The position numbers and the translations under genes are program-made. From Candidatus Eiseniibacteriota bacterium (GTDB lineage Bacteria > Arandabacterota > Arandabacteria > Arandabacterales > Arandabacteraceae): 64,000 nt of DNA. Where the stretch lies: NCBI GenBank assembly GCA_043810925.1, contig JBDRNT010000161.1, positions 1-64,000 on the forward strand. Direction: 5' to 3'. This document shows, one piece after another, positions 17,199 to 27,326 of the stretch. The notes beneath the pieces are model-generated. The model saw only the letters and a program-made list of their open reading frames with translations, made no database searches and was not told where the DNA came from. Within the stretch, counting starts at the first letter, position 1. Each line of letters begins with the position of its first letter.

Positions 17199-17939
17199 GT
17201 GGCCAAGAATTATATGCTCCTGTACGGTAAGAATTCCGTCCTCGAGCGACTGCGGGCGGATCCTGAGAGCATAAAGAAGGTACTGCTATCCGACAAGTTC
17301 CATGAGACTGAGATAGAGGATCTGATAGAGAAGCACGCAGTCCCGGCAGAGAGGCTTACTGCCTCAGACCTGGCTAAGAAAAGACCCGCGAAAGATCTCC
17401 AGGGGATAGTCGCAAAAGTAAGCAAGTTTAAGTATGCCGAGTTCGATGACCTGCTCGGCGTGCCCGAGAGTCAACGACGGACTCTCGTCTTTCTGGACAG
17501 AGTGAACGATCCGCACAACCTTGGGGTGATCCTGCGTACATCGGCTTGTTTCGGTGGATTCGCACTTATCATACCGGAGTTCGAGGCCTGTGACGTCAAT
17601 GAGACGGTTTTACACGTTGCTTCGGGGGCAGAAAACTATACCCCGGTCTCAATGGTGACCAACATCTCACACTCCCTAGCTATAGCGAAGCAGGCCGGCT
17701 ACTGGATTGTGGGCGCCGTGGTGGACGAAGATGCCATCAGCCTGGAAAAGGGCGACTTGCCTTTTCCTCTCGGCCTTGTTTTAGGGTCTGAAGGCTCCGG
17801 GATAAGACACGGCCTGAAGAAACATCTTGATATGAAGGTAAGAATCCCGATGGAAGGTGCCCTGCTGTCCTTCAATGTCAATATCGCTTGCGCCATTTTC
17901 TGTTATGAAATATGCCGGCAGAGAGTACGAGAGCAATAG
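17199..17939 (+). CDS. rlmB: 23S rRNA (guanosine-2251-2'-O)-methyltransferase, SPOUT family
   Basis: YGKNSVLERL, DRVNDPHNLGVILRT, LVLGSEGSGI and IPMEG..SFNV. Confidence 0.88.
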   Translation: MAKNYMLLYGKNSVLERLRADPESIKKVLLSDKFHETEIEDLIEKHAVPAERLTASDLAKKRPAKDLQGIVAKVSKFKYAEFDDLLGVPESQRRTLVFLDRVNDPHNLGVILRTSACFGGFALIIPEFEACDVNETVLHVASGAENYTPVSMVTNISHSLAIAKQAGYWIVGAVVDEDAISLEKGDLPFPLGLVLGSEGSGIRHGLKKHLDMKVRIPMEGALLSFNVNIACAIFCYEICRQRVREQ

Positions 17940-17950
17940 TGGGGATTGGC

Positions 17951-17979
17951 TTGACATTTGCGAGATACGCTCTTATCTT
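17951..17979 (+). promoter_or_regulatory. Sigma70 promoter of the gdh operon
   Basis: TTGACA-17 bp-TATCTT. Confidence 0.6.
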
Positions 17980-18030
17980 CCGCATTGGTATTCGGTGATA
18001 AATCCGTCTATGGGAAAGGATGCGACGACG

Positions 18031-19314
18031 ATGACCGAGGGGTACAATCCGTTCAAGATGGCACAGGCGCAGTTTGATCGAATTGCGGACCTGCTCAACC
18101 TGGATCAGGCAACCAGAGATCTTCTCCGCTATCCACTGAGGGAATATCACATCAGCATCCCGATCCGAATGGATGATGGCACCTTCAGCGTCTTCCGCGG
18201 CTTCAGGGTCCAGCACAATGATGCTCTTGGCCCGGGCAAGGGTGGTATCCGCTTTCACCCTCAGGAGACTATTGATACCGTTCGTGCCCTCGCCACCTGG
18301 ATGACATGGAAGTGCGCGGTTGTCGATATCCCGTTGGGTGGGAGCAAGGGGGGCGTGGTATGCGATCCTCACAACCTCAGCATGAGAGAGCAGGAACAGA
18401 TATGCCGTGGCTGGGTGCGCCAGATGGCTAAGGATGTGGGACCGCTATCCGATGTTCCGGCACCGGACGTGATGACCACTGCACAACATATGCTCTGGAT
18501 GCTTGACGAATACGAGACTATCCACGGGAAGAAGCAACCCGGTTTCATTACCGGCAAGCCGGTCGGTATGGGTGGATCCCTGGGTCGTAAGGAAGCGACC
18601 GGCTACGGAGTAATTATCACCGTAAGGGAGGCCCTCAAGGAGCTCGGGATACCCCCCAGAGAGACAACTGCGAGTTTGCAGGGTTTCGGGAATGTCTCAC
18701 AATTTGCCATTGAGCTCTACCAGGAGATTAGGGGCAGGGTCATCTGCGTTTCGTGCTGGGATCAGAAGGATGGCTGTTCATACAGCTTCCGGAAGGCCGA
18801 CGGCATCGATTTCAAGGAACTCCTGGCGATAACCGACCGCTTTGGTGGGATCGAAAAGACCAAGGCGATGGAGGCAGGTTACGATGTGCTCCCGGGTGAC
18901 GCCTGGATAGAGCAGGACGTCGACATACTCATCCCGGCGGCCCTTGAAAACCAGATAACCGCCGAGAGCGTAGCAAAGATGAGCCCCAGAGTTAAGATCA
19001 TCGCGGAGGGAGCAAATGGTCCTACGACACCCGAGGCAGACAATCTTATTGCCGAGCGAGGAATATTCATGATACCGGACTCGCTTGCAAACGCAGGGGG
19101 TGTGACCTGCAGTTACTACGAACAGGTCCAGAGCAACACAAATCACTATTGGGAGAAGGACGAGGTCCTGGGCAGGCTGGACACCAAGATGACATCCGCG
19201 TTTATTGCGGTGAGCGAATTGGCCAAGAGGCGGAATCTATATATGCGTGATGCAGCTTACGTTATAGCGGTAAGCAAAGTGGCACAGGCCTGCAAAGACC
19301 GCGGCTGGGTTTAG
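18031..19314 (+). CDS. gdhA: Glutamate dehydrogenase (Glu/Leu/Phe/Val dehydrogenase family)
   Basis: FRVQHN..GPGKGGIRFHP, MTWKCA..PLGGSKGG, DVPAPD, TGKP..GGSLGR, QGFGNV, EGANGP and NAGGVTCSYYE. Confidence 0.95.
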   Translation: MTEGYNPFKMAQAQFDRIADLLNLDQATRDLLRYPLREYHISIPIRMDDGTFSVFRGFRVQHNDALGPGKGGIRFHPQETIDTVRALATWMTWKCAVVDIPLGGSKGGVVCDPHNLSMREQEQICRGWVRQMAKDVGPLSDVPAPDVMTTAQHMLWMLDEYETIHGKKQPGFITGKPVGMGGSLGRKEATGYGVIITVREALKELGIPPRETTASLQGFGNVSQFAIELYQEIRGRVICVSCWDQKDGCSYSFRKADGIDFKELLAITDRFGGIEKTKAMEAGYDVLPGDAWIEQDVDILIPAALENQITAESVAKMSPRVKIIAEGANGPTTPEADNLIAERGIFMIPDSLANAGGVTCSYYEQVQSNTNHYWEKDEVLGRLDTKMTSAFIAVSELAKRRNLYMRDAAYVIAVSKVAQACKDRGWV

Positions 19315-19368
19315 TCAGTTTCATAAGCACACCGCGACCATGCAGACGAAAAGAAGACGGTTGGCAGG

Positions 19369-21132
19369 ATGTCGCAGAGAGGTTACGGACCTCATAACGG
19401 TTCCCTAGCACCCTTCGATCGGCAGTTCTTCACCGGTGAACATAGGTTCACCTCAATAGGCTCAGGCTCCATCGGCGGCAAAGCTCATGGACTTGCCCGC
19501 ATGAAGTCGATCATTGAGTCGAAGTTGAAGGACCGGTTTACACCTGCTGTGACAATAGACATCCCTACCCTTACGGTAATCTCGACGGATCACTTCGACT
19601 TGTTTATGAAACAGAACCGCCTCGAAGACATAGTACTCTCTGACACCCGGGATGATCTGATTGCCCACGCATTCCAGAACGCAGAACTTCCCGCTCAGGT
19701 GGTCGGAGACCTGAGAGCACTGGCTCACGAAGTTCACACCCCGCTTGCAGTCCGCTCCTCGAGCATGCTTGAAGATGCGATGTTCGAACCGTTTGCCAGC
19801 ATCTACGGTACCAAGATGACGCCCTGCAACCAGCCGGATCCTGACGCTCGGTTTCGAAGACTCATTGAGGCCATCAAGCTGATTTATGCGTCTACCTTCT
19901 TCTCCGACGCCCGGAGCTATATGAAGTCCACCAATCACACCACCATGGATGAGAAGATGGCGGTAATCATTCAGGAAGTGGTCGGCACCAGGTTCGGCAA
20001 TAGGTATTACCCGCACATTTCAGGGGTAGCCCGCTCACACAACTTCTATCCGTTCGGACATGCCAGGCCTGAAGAGGGAGTAGTGGATCTTGCGCTGGGC
20101 CTGGGGAAGACCATCGTCGATGAAGGATGTGCTTGGTCGTATTCACCGGAGCACCCACAGGTCGCCCCCCCTTATAACTCGGTTGGCGATCTCCTCAAAC
20201 AGACTCAGACCGACTTCTGGGCGATCAATATGGGGAAACCTCCTGCTTACGATCCGATCAATGAAGTGGAGTATATGGTGAAGTGCAACATCGTTGATGG
20301 AGAATATGACGGCAGCCTTGACCATCTGGTTTCCACATTCCGGCCCGAAAACGAGAGGATTGTCATGGGGATCCAAGGCCGGGGACCGAGAATAGTCGAT
20401 TTCGCCCCGATTCTCAAGGCCGGTGTCGTGCCGATCAACGATCTTGTCCGATTGCTTCTAAAGACCTGTGAGGATGCTCTCGGCACACCTGTAGAAATCG
20501 AGTTTGCAGTGACGCTCGGGCTTGAACAGCCCGCACCCGCCCGATTCGGATTCCTGCAGTTGCGGCCTATGGTAGTCTCCGCAGAATCTGTAGATGTCAG
20601 GCCTGAGGATATGGTCGGAGAGGACGTCATTTTGGCATCGGAAACGGTTACGGGCAATGGCTGCATCGATACGATACGTGATGTTGTATACGTCAAACGG
20701 GAGACTTTCGAGGTTAATCATACGGCCCGCATTGCCGAAGAACTTGACGAAATCAATTGCGGGTTGGCAGACGCCAAGCAACCATACTTGCTTATCGGTT
20801 TCGGCCGCTGGGGCACATCAGACCCGCAGGGAGGCATTCCCGTAAAGTTCGGTCAGATTGCCGGGGCAAAGGTCATCGTTGAGGTGACCCTTCCGGATCT
20901 CGACTTCGGCATGAGCCAGGGTTCGCATTTTTTCCACAACTTAACCAGCTTTCGGATCATCTATTTCTCCGTCCGGCATTCTGCGGACTACAAAATCGAT
21001 TGGGATCGCCTGAACCGGCAGCCTGCAGTACAAGAGACAGAATTTGTGAGACACGTGCGTTTTGATTCTCCTTTACTTGTCAAAGCCGACGGCCGAACCG
21101 GCATGGGAGTGATACAAAGTGAAAGAGCATGA
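19369..21132 (+). CDS. PEP/pyruvate-binding (PPDK_N ATP-grasp) domain protein lacking the C-terminal substrate-binding barrel
   Basis: GSIGGKAHGL, PLAVRSSSMLED, EKMAVIIQEVVG, PVEIEFA..LQLRP, GRWGTSD and SQGSHFFHN. Confidence 0.88.
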   Translation: MSQRGYGPHNGSLAPFDRQFFTGEHRFTSIGSGSIGGKAHGLARMKSIIESKLKDRFTPAVTIDIPTLTVISTDHFDLFMKQNRLEDIVLSDTRDDLIAHAFQNAELPAQVVGDLRALAHEVHTPLAVRSSSMLEDAMFEPFASIYGTKMTPCNQPDPDARFRRLIEAIKLIYASTFFSDARSYMKSTNHTTMDEKMAVIIQEVVGTRFGNRYYPHISGVARSHNFYPFGHARPEEGVVDLALGLGKTIVDEGCAWSYSPEHPQVAPPYNSVGDLLKQTQTDFWAINMGKPPAYDPINEVEYMVKCNIVDGEYDGSLDHLVSTFRPENERIVMGIQGRGPRIVDFAPILKAGVVPINDLVRLLLKTCEDALGTPVEIEFAVTLGLEQPAPARFGFLQLRPMVVSAESVDVRPEDMVGEDVILASETVTGNGCIDTIRDVVYVKRETFEVNHTARIAEELDEINCGLADAKQPYLLIGFGRWGTSDPQGGIPVKFGQIAGAKVIVEVTLPDLDFGMSQGSHFFHNLTSFRIIYFSVRHSADYKIDWDRLNRQPAVQETEFVRHVRFDSPLLVKADGRTGMGVIQSERA

Positions 21133-24100
21133 CCAAAGATCCAGAGAGATCATCCGGTTTCTCCAGGAGCGGGAGAAGGAGCTCGCCTGCCTCTACAAGA
21201 TCGAAGAGGTGACCAACAGGCCCGATGCCGGCCTCGAGAGTGTCTGCAAGACAGCCATAAAGGTGATCCCGCCGGGATGGCAATACCCGGACATCTGCGT
21301 GGTAAGGATCACCGTTGACGGCACGGTGTACAAATCCAAGGGATTCAAGGAGACGCGTTGGGTCCAGTGTGCCGATATGGTTGCTCAGAATCGGCCCCTC
21401 GGGCAGATATGCGTTTACTACACCGAGGAGAGGCCGGAGGCTGACGATGGCCCGTTCCTCAAGGAGGAAACCAGGCTTCTCAAGACCATAGCCCAAAGGA
21501 TCGGGCAGTTTGTCACCTTAAAGCAGGTTGACGATGTCGCCCGTCAACATGAGACTGCGGGTGAGTATCTCGACAACGGTGTGAGCGCCGCCTGGCGTGT
21601 GCTCATGAATCTGGTGAGAGCCACAGATAAGAACCTCTTTCTGACAATATGCCAGAAGATGTTGAACCAGCTTGCATGGGCCGGGGTCGAGGAGATTGAG
21701 GAAATCCTTAAGACCCGCGGCATGGGCCGGGTGGATCTTGAGGAAGAGGCACTCCTCGACGAGAATCGGCCCCATCCGACAATGATTGCGCCTCTCGCGG
21801 AGGACATAGGAGATCGAGTGCTGGAAATCGCCGGGAGGAATCTTCCGGAGAACCAGATTCTGGCAATGATTCAGAAGTGGATGCAGGAAGACAAACTGGC
21901 CTTCCTGTTCCACGTCATAAACCGCGACTCATCACTTGGTGACCTCGATGATACCCTAGAACGATACAAGCGAGTGGCATCGGGAGCTCGCGATCTTGGG
22001 ACATCGACAAGAATCGGTATCAGGGTGGAGCTCATCCGTCGCCTGCTCTCGGAGCAGCTTCAGTACATCAATATAGCAAAGAAGTACTTCAGCATCGACG
22101 ACTTCACCGAGATCCTCAAACGCCTCGTTCACTCTCGTGCGAGTCACGGGAAGCTGGGTGGCAAGAGTGCCGGCCTCCTTCTCGCTGCCCAGATAATATC
22201 TGAATCCGCGGAGGATCATCCCGATCTGCGGAACATAAAGATACCCAGGACTTGGTATATCGCATCCGACGCGGTGTTGGAGTTCTTGAGTTACAACAAT
22301 CTAGGAGAGGTTGTCGAGCAGAAGTACAAAGACATTGGCCGGGTGCGCTTGGAGTACCCGCACGTGATCCAGTCTTTCAAGAACTGTCGGTTTCCTCCGG
22401 AGCTCGTGCGGGGTCTCTCCATGGTGCTTGACGAGTTTCAGGACCGTCCTCTCATAGTCAGAAGTTCGAGTCTGCTTGAAGATAGGGTTGGTGCATCTTT
22501 TTCCAGCAAGTATCGAAGCATCTTCATATCCAACCAGGGAACCAAAAAACAAAGGCTTGAGGCACTGACCGGAGCCATCGCGGAGGTGTATGCCTCGACA
22601 TTCGGACCGGACCCTATAGAGTACCGTGCCGAGAGGGGCCTGATCGATTTCGCAGAAGAGATGGGGATCTTGATACAAGAGGTCGTCGGGACCAAGGTTG
22701 GTGATTACTTCCTGCCTTCCTTTGCAGGAGTCGCTTTCAGCAGGAATGACTTCAGATGGTCACCGCGTATAGAGCGTAAGGATGGAATCGTGAGACTGGT
22801 ACCGGGGCTGGGTACACGGGCGGTCGACCGGGTTGCAAACGATTATCCAATCCTGATAGCCCCGGGGCAGCCGAATCTGAGAGTTAACATGTCTACCGAT
22901 GAGATCGTCCGCTACTCTCCCGTCAAGGCCGATGTCATAAACCTCAAGACCAATGCCTTCGAGACCGTGGATGTCAGGGAACTTCTTAGGAAGGCCGGCA
23001 ATGAGATACCGGGAATAGAGCAGATGATATCCATGTACGATGGTGAGCAGACAAGACAGATCATGGGAATCGGTGTGGATTACGAGAGAGACGATCTGGT
23101 TGTAACGTTTGACGGGCTTGTCGGCAACACCAAATTTGTTTCTCAGATGAGAAGCGCATTGTCGGTTTTGGAGCGTGAGCTACAAACACCTGTTGATATT
23201 GAGTTCGCTCATGACGGGAAGTATCTCTATCTCCTCCAGTGCCGTGCACAGAGCTACTCCGAGGACAGCGCCCCATCGCCCATACCTAAGGATGTCCCCG
23301 AACGCGATATCCTCTTCACGGCCAACAAGTACATCTCAAACGGACGGATTCCCGATATCACACACATCGTATTCGTCGACCCGGATGGATACAGCAACCT
23401 GACAGACAGGTCCGATCTGGTCGAAGTAGGACGCGCGGTAAGCAAACTCAACAATCTCTTGCCTAAGCGTCAGTTCATCCTGATGGGGCCCGGACGGTGG
23501 GGAAGCCGCGGCGACATAAAACTGGGCGTCAACGTAACGTATTCAGACATAAACAACACCGCAGTACTCGTAGAGATTGCACGCAGGAAGGGTGAGTATA
23601 CACCTGAGCTGTCCTTCGGCACCCACTTCTTCCAGGACTTGGTCGAAGCCGGCATCCGCTACCTGCCACTGTATCCCGATGATGAGGGTATGGTTTTCAA
23701 TGATCGTTTTCTCAGGAGCTCCGCGAACATACTTGAGGATCTGGCTCCTGAATTCGAAGGTATCTCCGAGACCGTCAGGTTGATAGATGTCGCAAAGGCA
23801 TCGGACGGCAGGGTCCTTCGCATTCTTATGAATGCAGACTTGAACGAAGCGATCGGGATCTTTGCGGATCCAAGCGAAAGGCTGAGCACCACCCCAGAAG
23901 TGGGAGTGGCAAGTCAGCGGCCGGTGGATACCTACTGGGCCTGGAGATTCCAGATGGCTGAGCACATCGCCCGACAGATTGACCCGGACCGCTTCGGAGT
24001 CAAGGCGATCTATGTCTTCGGCAGTACGAAGAATGCCACCGCAGGTCCTCAGAGCGACATAGACCTCCTGGTTCACTTCCAGGGGACGGATAATCAGCGC

Positions 24101-24301
24101 AGGAACCTCGAGATATGGCTTGAAGGATGGAGCTTGAGCCTCGCGCAGGTGAACTACTTGCGAACCGGATATCTCACCGACGGGCTACTGGATGTCCATA
24201 TCATAACCGATGAGGATATTGTCAATAAGACAAGCTACGCCTCAAAGATAGGAGCAGTGACTGATCCGGCGAGGCGGCTGTCTTTGGGTGAGCGGAAGTA
24301 A
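21119..24301 (+). CDS. Multidomain protein: GAF-like sensor + PPDK_N ATP-grasp + C-terminal nucleotidyltransferase
   Basis: N-terminal LQEREKELACLY..IPPGWQYP..GPFLKEE; core LGGKSAGL, LIVRSSSLLED, DIEFAHD..LLQCR and SFGTHFF; C-terminal YVFGSTKNATAGPQSDIDL (pol-beta NTase GS..DxD). Confidence 0.88.
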   Translation: MKEHDQRSREIIRFLQEREKELACLYKIEEVTNRPDAGLESVCKTAIKVIPPGWQYPDICVVRITVDGTVYKSKGFKETRWVQCADMVAQNRPLGQICVYYTEERPEADDGPFLKEETRLLKTIAQRIGQFVTLKQVDDVARQHETAGEYLDNGVSAAWRVLMNLVRATDKNLFLTICQKMLNQLAWAGVEEIEEILKTRGMGRVDLEEEALLDENRPHPTMIAPLAEDIGDRVLEIAGRNLPENQILAMIQKWMQEDKLAFLFHVINRDSSLGDLDDTLERYKRVASGARDLGTSTRIGIRVELIRRLLSEQLQYINIAKKYFSIDDFTEILKRLVHSRASHGKLGGKSAGLLLAAQIISESAEDHPDLRNIKIPRTWYIASDAVLEFLSYNNLGEVVEQKYKDIGRVRLEYPHVIQSFKNCRFPPELVRGLSMVLDEFQDRPLIVRSSSLLEDRVGASFSSKYRSIFISNQGTKKQRLEALTGAIAEVYASTFGPDPIEYRAERGLIDFAEEMGILIQEVVGTKVGDYFLPSFAGVAFSRNDFRWSPRIERKDGIVRLVPGLGTRAVDRVANDYPILIAPGQPNLRVNMSTDEIVRYSPVKADVINLKTNAFETVDVRELLRKAGNEIPGIEQMISMYDGEQTRQIMGIGVDYERDDLVVTFDGLVGNTKFVSQMRSALSVLERELQTPVDIEFAHDGKYLYLLQCRAQSYSEDSAPSPIPKDVPERDILFTANKYISNGRIPDITHIVFVDPDGYSNLTDRSDLVEVGRAVSKLNNLLPKRQFILMGPGRWGSRGDIKLGVNVTYSDINNTAVLVEIARRKGEYTPELSFGTHFFQDLVEAGIRYLPLYPDDEGMVFNDRFLRSSANILEDLAPEFEGISETVRLIDVAKASDGRVLRILMNADLNEAIGIFADPSERLSTTPEVGVASQRPVDTYWAWRFQMAEHIARQIDPDRFGVKAIYVFGSTKNATAGPQSDIDLLVHFQGTDNQRRNLEIWLEGWSLSLAQVNYLRTGYLTDGLLDVHIITDEDIVNKTSYASKIGAVTDPARRLSLGERK

Positions 24302-24314
24302 GGGTCCCCCCGGC

Positions 24315-25178
24315 CTAAATCAGTTCACGCGAAGCACTACCAGGATCATCAGCACTGAATCTTACAATTGCCAGCTCAGGACCATCATGGGCGGCGGAGA
24401 ACATCCATGTCCGCCCGATCTTATCCCTCCACGAGCCGGTGAGCCTGGCGGATTCATGCACATGTCCATGGAGAGTCAATAGGGGTTGTTTCTCCTCTAT
24501 GAACCGTCTGACCGCGATGCTCCCCACATAAAGGTCCAGGGGAACACCTTCGACCAACTTGCCGTCAAGATCTGCCCGGTCGAGCTTGGTCTGATACGGG
24601 GGCACATGGAACAGGAAAACCGCGTTTGTAAGGTCATCTCCACTAACAAGGTTATCAAGATCCTCCTTAATCGTGGAATATCTCTTCTCACTGCGCGACA
24701 CCTCCAGTGAGCGTCGACCCTCTTCAGGGGACACACATCCCGGGTCGACATATCGTGACACATCGTAGCGTTCCCAGTCTTTCAGGTGAAACGGTGTGGG
24801 ATTCACAAACGAGTAGCCGTAAACCGTATGTCTACCCAGAGAGGATTTGCGGCCTTGGACATATTCCAGCACTCCCCTTTCCTCACCGGCACGCATCCCC
24901 TCCTCTTCCGCTCGCAGGTCGTCATTGCCAAGGATCGCAAGAACGCGTGGATAATCGGTCCCCAAAGCAGTCTTTATATCCGACAGGGCCGGGATCATGA
25001 AGTCCTTTATGAAGTCGTCCGGCAGGGATCCGTCGGTCTGTAAAGCCGTCAGACTGGAAGGCAGCAGGTCACCGCCGAGAAACACCGCTTCCGGTCTTTC
25101 CTGCTCAATTACCCGGAAGAGATTAGCATACCTATCTAGCCTGCCATGGAGATCAGATACAAACATCGACTTTCTCAA
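24315..25178 (-). CDS. Calcineurin-like metallophosphoesterase (Icc-related)
   Basis: VSDLHG, LGGDLL, ILGNDD, FHVPP and LHGHVHES. Likely TTG start at 25178 after a GAGG RBS. Confidence 0.88.
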   Translation of the reverse strand: MRKSMFVSDLHGRLDRYANLFRVIEQERPEAVFLGGDLLPSSLTALQTDGSLPDDFIKDFMIPALSDIKTALGTDYPRVLAILGNDDLRAEEEGMRAGEERGVLEYVQGRKSSLGRHTVYGYSFVNPTPFHLKDWERYDVSRYVDPGCVSPEEGRRSLEVSRSEKRYSTIKEDLDNLVSGDDLTNAVFLFHVPPYQTKLDRADLDGKLVEGVPLDLYVGSIAVRRFIEEKQPLLTLHGHVHESARLTGSWRDKIGRTWMFSAAHDGPELAIVRFSADDPGSASRELI

Positions 25179-25509
25179 CCGTCTAGTACCTCGGGCATAT
25201 AGACCTGAATGCATGCACCCTATAGATGCCTCTACGTGACCAAACACACCACATTCGATTTGTATCTTAGTCTTCAGATCAAGAATTCGCAAGTCGGTTC
25301 CATACGTGGTGCGGACTCCGGAGCAGGTGATATGACCAAGGGGGCAGCACATTCAATGTGCGTCAACGCACTCAGGAGAGCGACCCTCCAGGTAAAGGAG
25401 GATCTTAACAGAATAAGCGACTTCATGGACCAGGACGGGGATTGCGACGGCAAGGTGGTCGTGACACACTCCCTCTTTCCTCTTACCCTTCAGATATATC
25501 ACGAATCTA

Positions 25510-25624
25510 TTGACAAATGAAAATGCTCATGATATAATGTCTACTAAGTCGATAGGCAACATAGAATAGCGTTGTCGTTTTTTTGACCACATAAGTCTAT
25601 GTAGTCGATGGGCAACATAGACTT
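25510..25624 (+). promoter_or_regulatory. Consensus sigma70 promoter with two Rrf2-type operator boxes
   Basis: TTGACA(25510)-17-TATAAT(25533). Boxes GTCTACTAAGTCGATAGGC (25539) and GTCTATGTAGTCGATGGGC (25595), both followed by AACATAGA. Confidence 0.8.
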
Positions 25625-25649
25625 CCAAACAACGAGGAGGTGATGTGGC

Positions 25650-26294
25650 ATGAGGAAGGCAGCAGCACTCGCCGGGATCTGGATAGCGGCATTGGTTGTA
25701 GGTACCGCCGTAGGAGCCGGTGATTGGGAGCACTGGGCCGGGGTTGACATCGCGGGGGCGCTGGCTGATGGTCTTACTATCAGAATCGCCCCGGAAGTCA
25801 GAAGCAGAGAGGACTTCACCACTCACTATGAGGGCCACTTCGATACCGGGATTGAGTGGAAGGTGCGTAAGTGGCTGGCGGTGGGTCCGTATTACCGCCA
25901 CGCGACACAGATGAAGGGTGAGTCATGGCAGGTCGAGCACCGACCGCACATGGATATCACTCTGAGCTGGAAATTTCTCGGGCTGCGGCTTGGTGACAGA
26001 AGCCGGCTCGCATACAGGATCATCGACAAGAATGAGTCTCTCAGATACAGAAACAGATTGATGGCGAGGTTTCCGGAGCGAACCCCGGGAGGACTCAGAC
26101 CGTATGTCGGCGAAGAGATCTTCTATGATTTCGACCTTGGCGAGATCAACAAGAACCGGCTGGCCGTGGGATTCGACTTCGCCGTGTCGACCACCACAAG
26201 GCTGGACATCAGCTATCTCCTCGAGAGCGCGAAGAAGTCGGATCACTGGAGTAGCGCCAACGTGTTAAAGACGACACTCATAATCAGACCTTAG
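25650..26294 (+). CDS. DUF2490-like outer-membrane beta-barrel (putative porin)
   Basis: Signal peptide; EHRPH, RSRLAYR, RYRNRL, PYVGEEIFY and KNRLAVG motifs. Confidence 0.8.
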   Translation: MRKAAALAGIWIAALVVGTAVGAGDWEHWAGVDIAGALADGLTIRIAPEVRSREDFTTHYEGHFDTGIEWKVRKWLAVGPYYRHATQMKGESWQVEHRPHMDITLSWKFLGLRLGDRSRLAYRIIDKNESLRYRNRLMARFPERTPGGLRPYVGEEIFYDFDLGEINKNRLAVGFDFAVSTTTRLDISYLLESAKKSDHWSSANVLKTTLIIRP

Positions 26295-26317
26295 AGGACG
26301 GACTGGAGGCAAGTGAA

Positions 26318-27280
26318 ATGAAGAAGATAGGTATCACGCTGTTGGCGGCATGCTTGATTGCCGGTATGGCGGCCCAAGCGGTCGGCGCCGATTCGAAGCC
26401 GTACGAGCTTAAGGGGAGGATTACTTTCTCGGGAGCCTGGGCGCTCTACCCCATGGCCGTAAGATGGGCGGAGGAATTCCAGAAGATCCATCCCGATGTG
26501 AAGATGGACATTGGCGCAGGCGGGGCCGGCAAAGGTATGGCTGACTGCCTGGCCGGCGTCGTGGATATCGGCATGGTCTCGCGACAGATATACCCCGAGG
26601 AGGTCAAGAAGGGGGCCTGGTGGGTCTCGGTGACCAAGGACGCCGTTGTACCGACGGTCAATGATGCCAACCCCGTTCTTAAGGATCTGCTCGCTAGAGG
26701 AGTCACGCGGGAGGCCTGCATCGGCATCTGGACAACCGGTGAGATCAAGACCTGGGGCGACCTGACAGGCCGCCCACTCTCCTCCCCGATTCAGGTCTAC
26801 ACCCGCTCCGATGCCTGCGGTGCGGCGGGGACGTGGGCTCAGTATATGGACAGGGGACAGGAGGACCTTCTCGGAATCGGCGTGTATGGCGACCCCGGAC
26901 TGGCCCAGGCGGTAAGGCAGGATCAGCTGGGGATCGGCTACAACAACATCAACTACGCCTACGATGCCAAGACCAAGGCCCAGATCCAGGGTATACGAGT
27001 CCTGCCTATCGACACTGACGGCAACGGTAAGATCGACGAGGAAGAGGATTTCTACCTGACACGGGACGGGATCGTTAAGGCGATAGCCACGGGTAAGTAT
27101 CCGTCACCGCCGGCCAGAGACCTTCATTTTGTGTGCAAAGGCAACCCGGAGAACGAGGTAGTGAGGGAATTCATCAGATGGGTGCTGACCGACGGCCAGA
27201 AGTACGTGCACGAGTCCGGCTACATCAACTTGACCGAGGAGAAGCTCCTTGAAGAGATAAAGCACCTTCAAGGTGAATGA
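26318..27280 (+). CDS. pstS: PstS-family ABC substrate-binding protein (atypical)
   Basis: Signal peptide; SGAWALYP, GAGGAGKGM, DIGMVSR, YTRSDACGAA and YPSPPAR. Confidence 0.8.
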   Translation: MKKIGITLLAACLIAGMAAQAVGADSKPYELKGRITFSGAWALYPMAVRWAEEFQKIHPDVKMDIGAGGAGKGMADCLAGVVDIGMVSRQIYPEEVKKGAWWVSVTKDAVVPTVNDANPVLKDLLARGVTREACIGIWTTGEIKTWGDLTGRPLSSPIQVYTRSDACGAAGTWAQYMDRGQEDLLGIGVYGDPGLAQAVRQDQLGIGYNNINYAYDAKTKAQIQGIRVLPIDTDGNGKIDEEEDFYLTRDGIVKAIATGKYPSPPARDLHFVCKGNPENEVVREFIRWVLTDGQKYVHESGYINLTEEKLLEEIKHLQGE

Positions 27281-27326
27281 TGTTGACACCGACTGTTGAT
27301 TATCTTGTACCGGGGGAGGAATCATC

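Noticed and set aside
19369-24301. Annotation as ppsA/ppdK
   Set aside because: No canonical phosphocarrier motif and no pyruvate-binding barrel.
25209-25520. 103-aa ORF or possible gene remnant between the phosphoesterase and the porin promoter
   Set aside because: No RBS or recognisable motif, and it runs into the promoter. I cannot support it.
25539-25624. Possible mini-CRISPR (two 27-bp repeats with a 29-bp spacer)
   Set aside because: Only two imperfect copies and no cas genes; better explained as operators that also occur at 36905.
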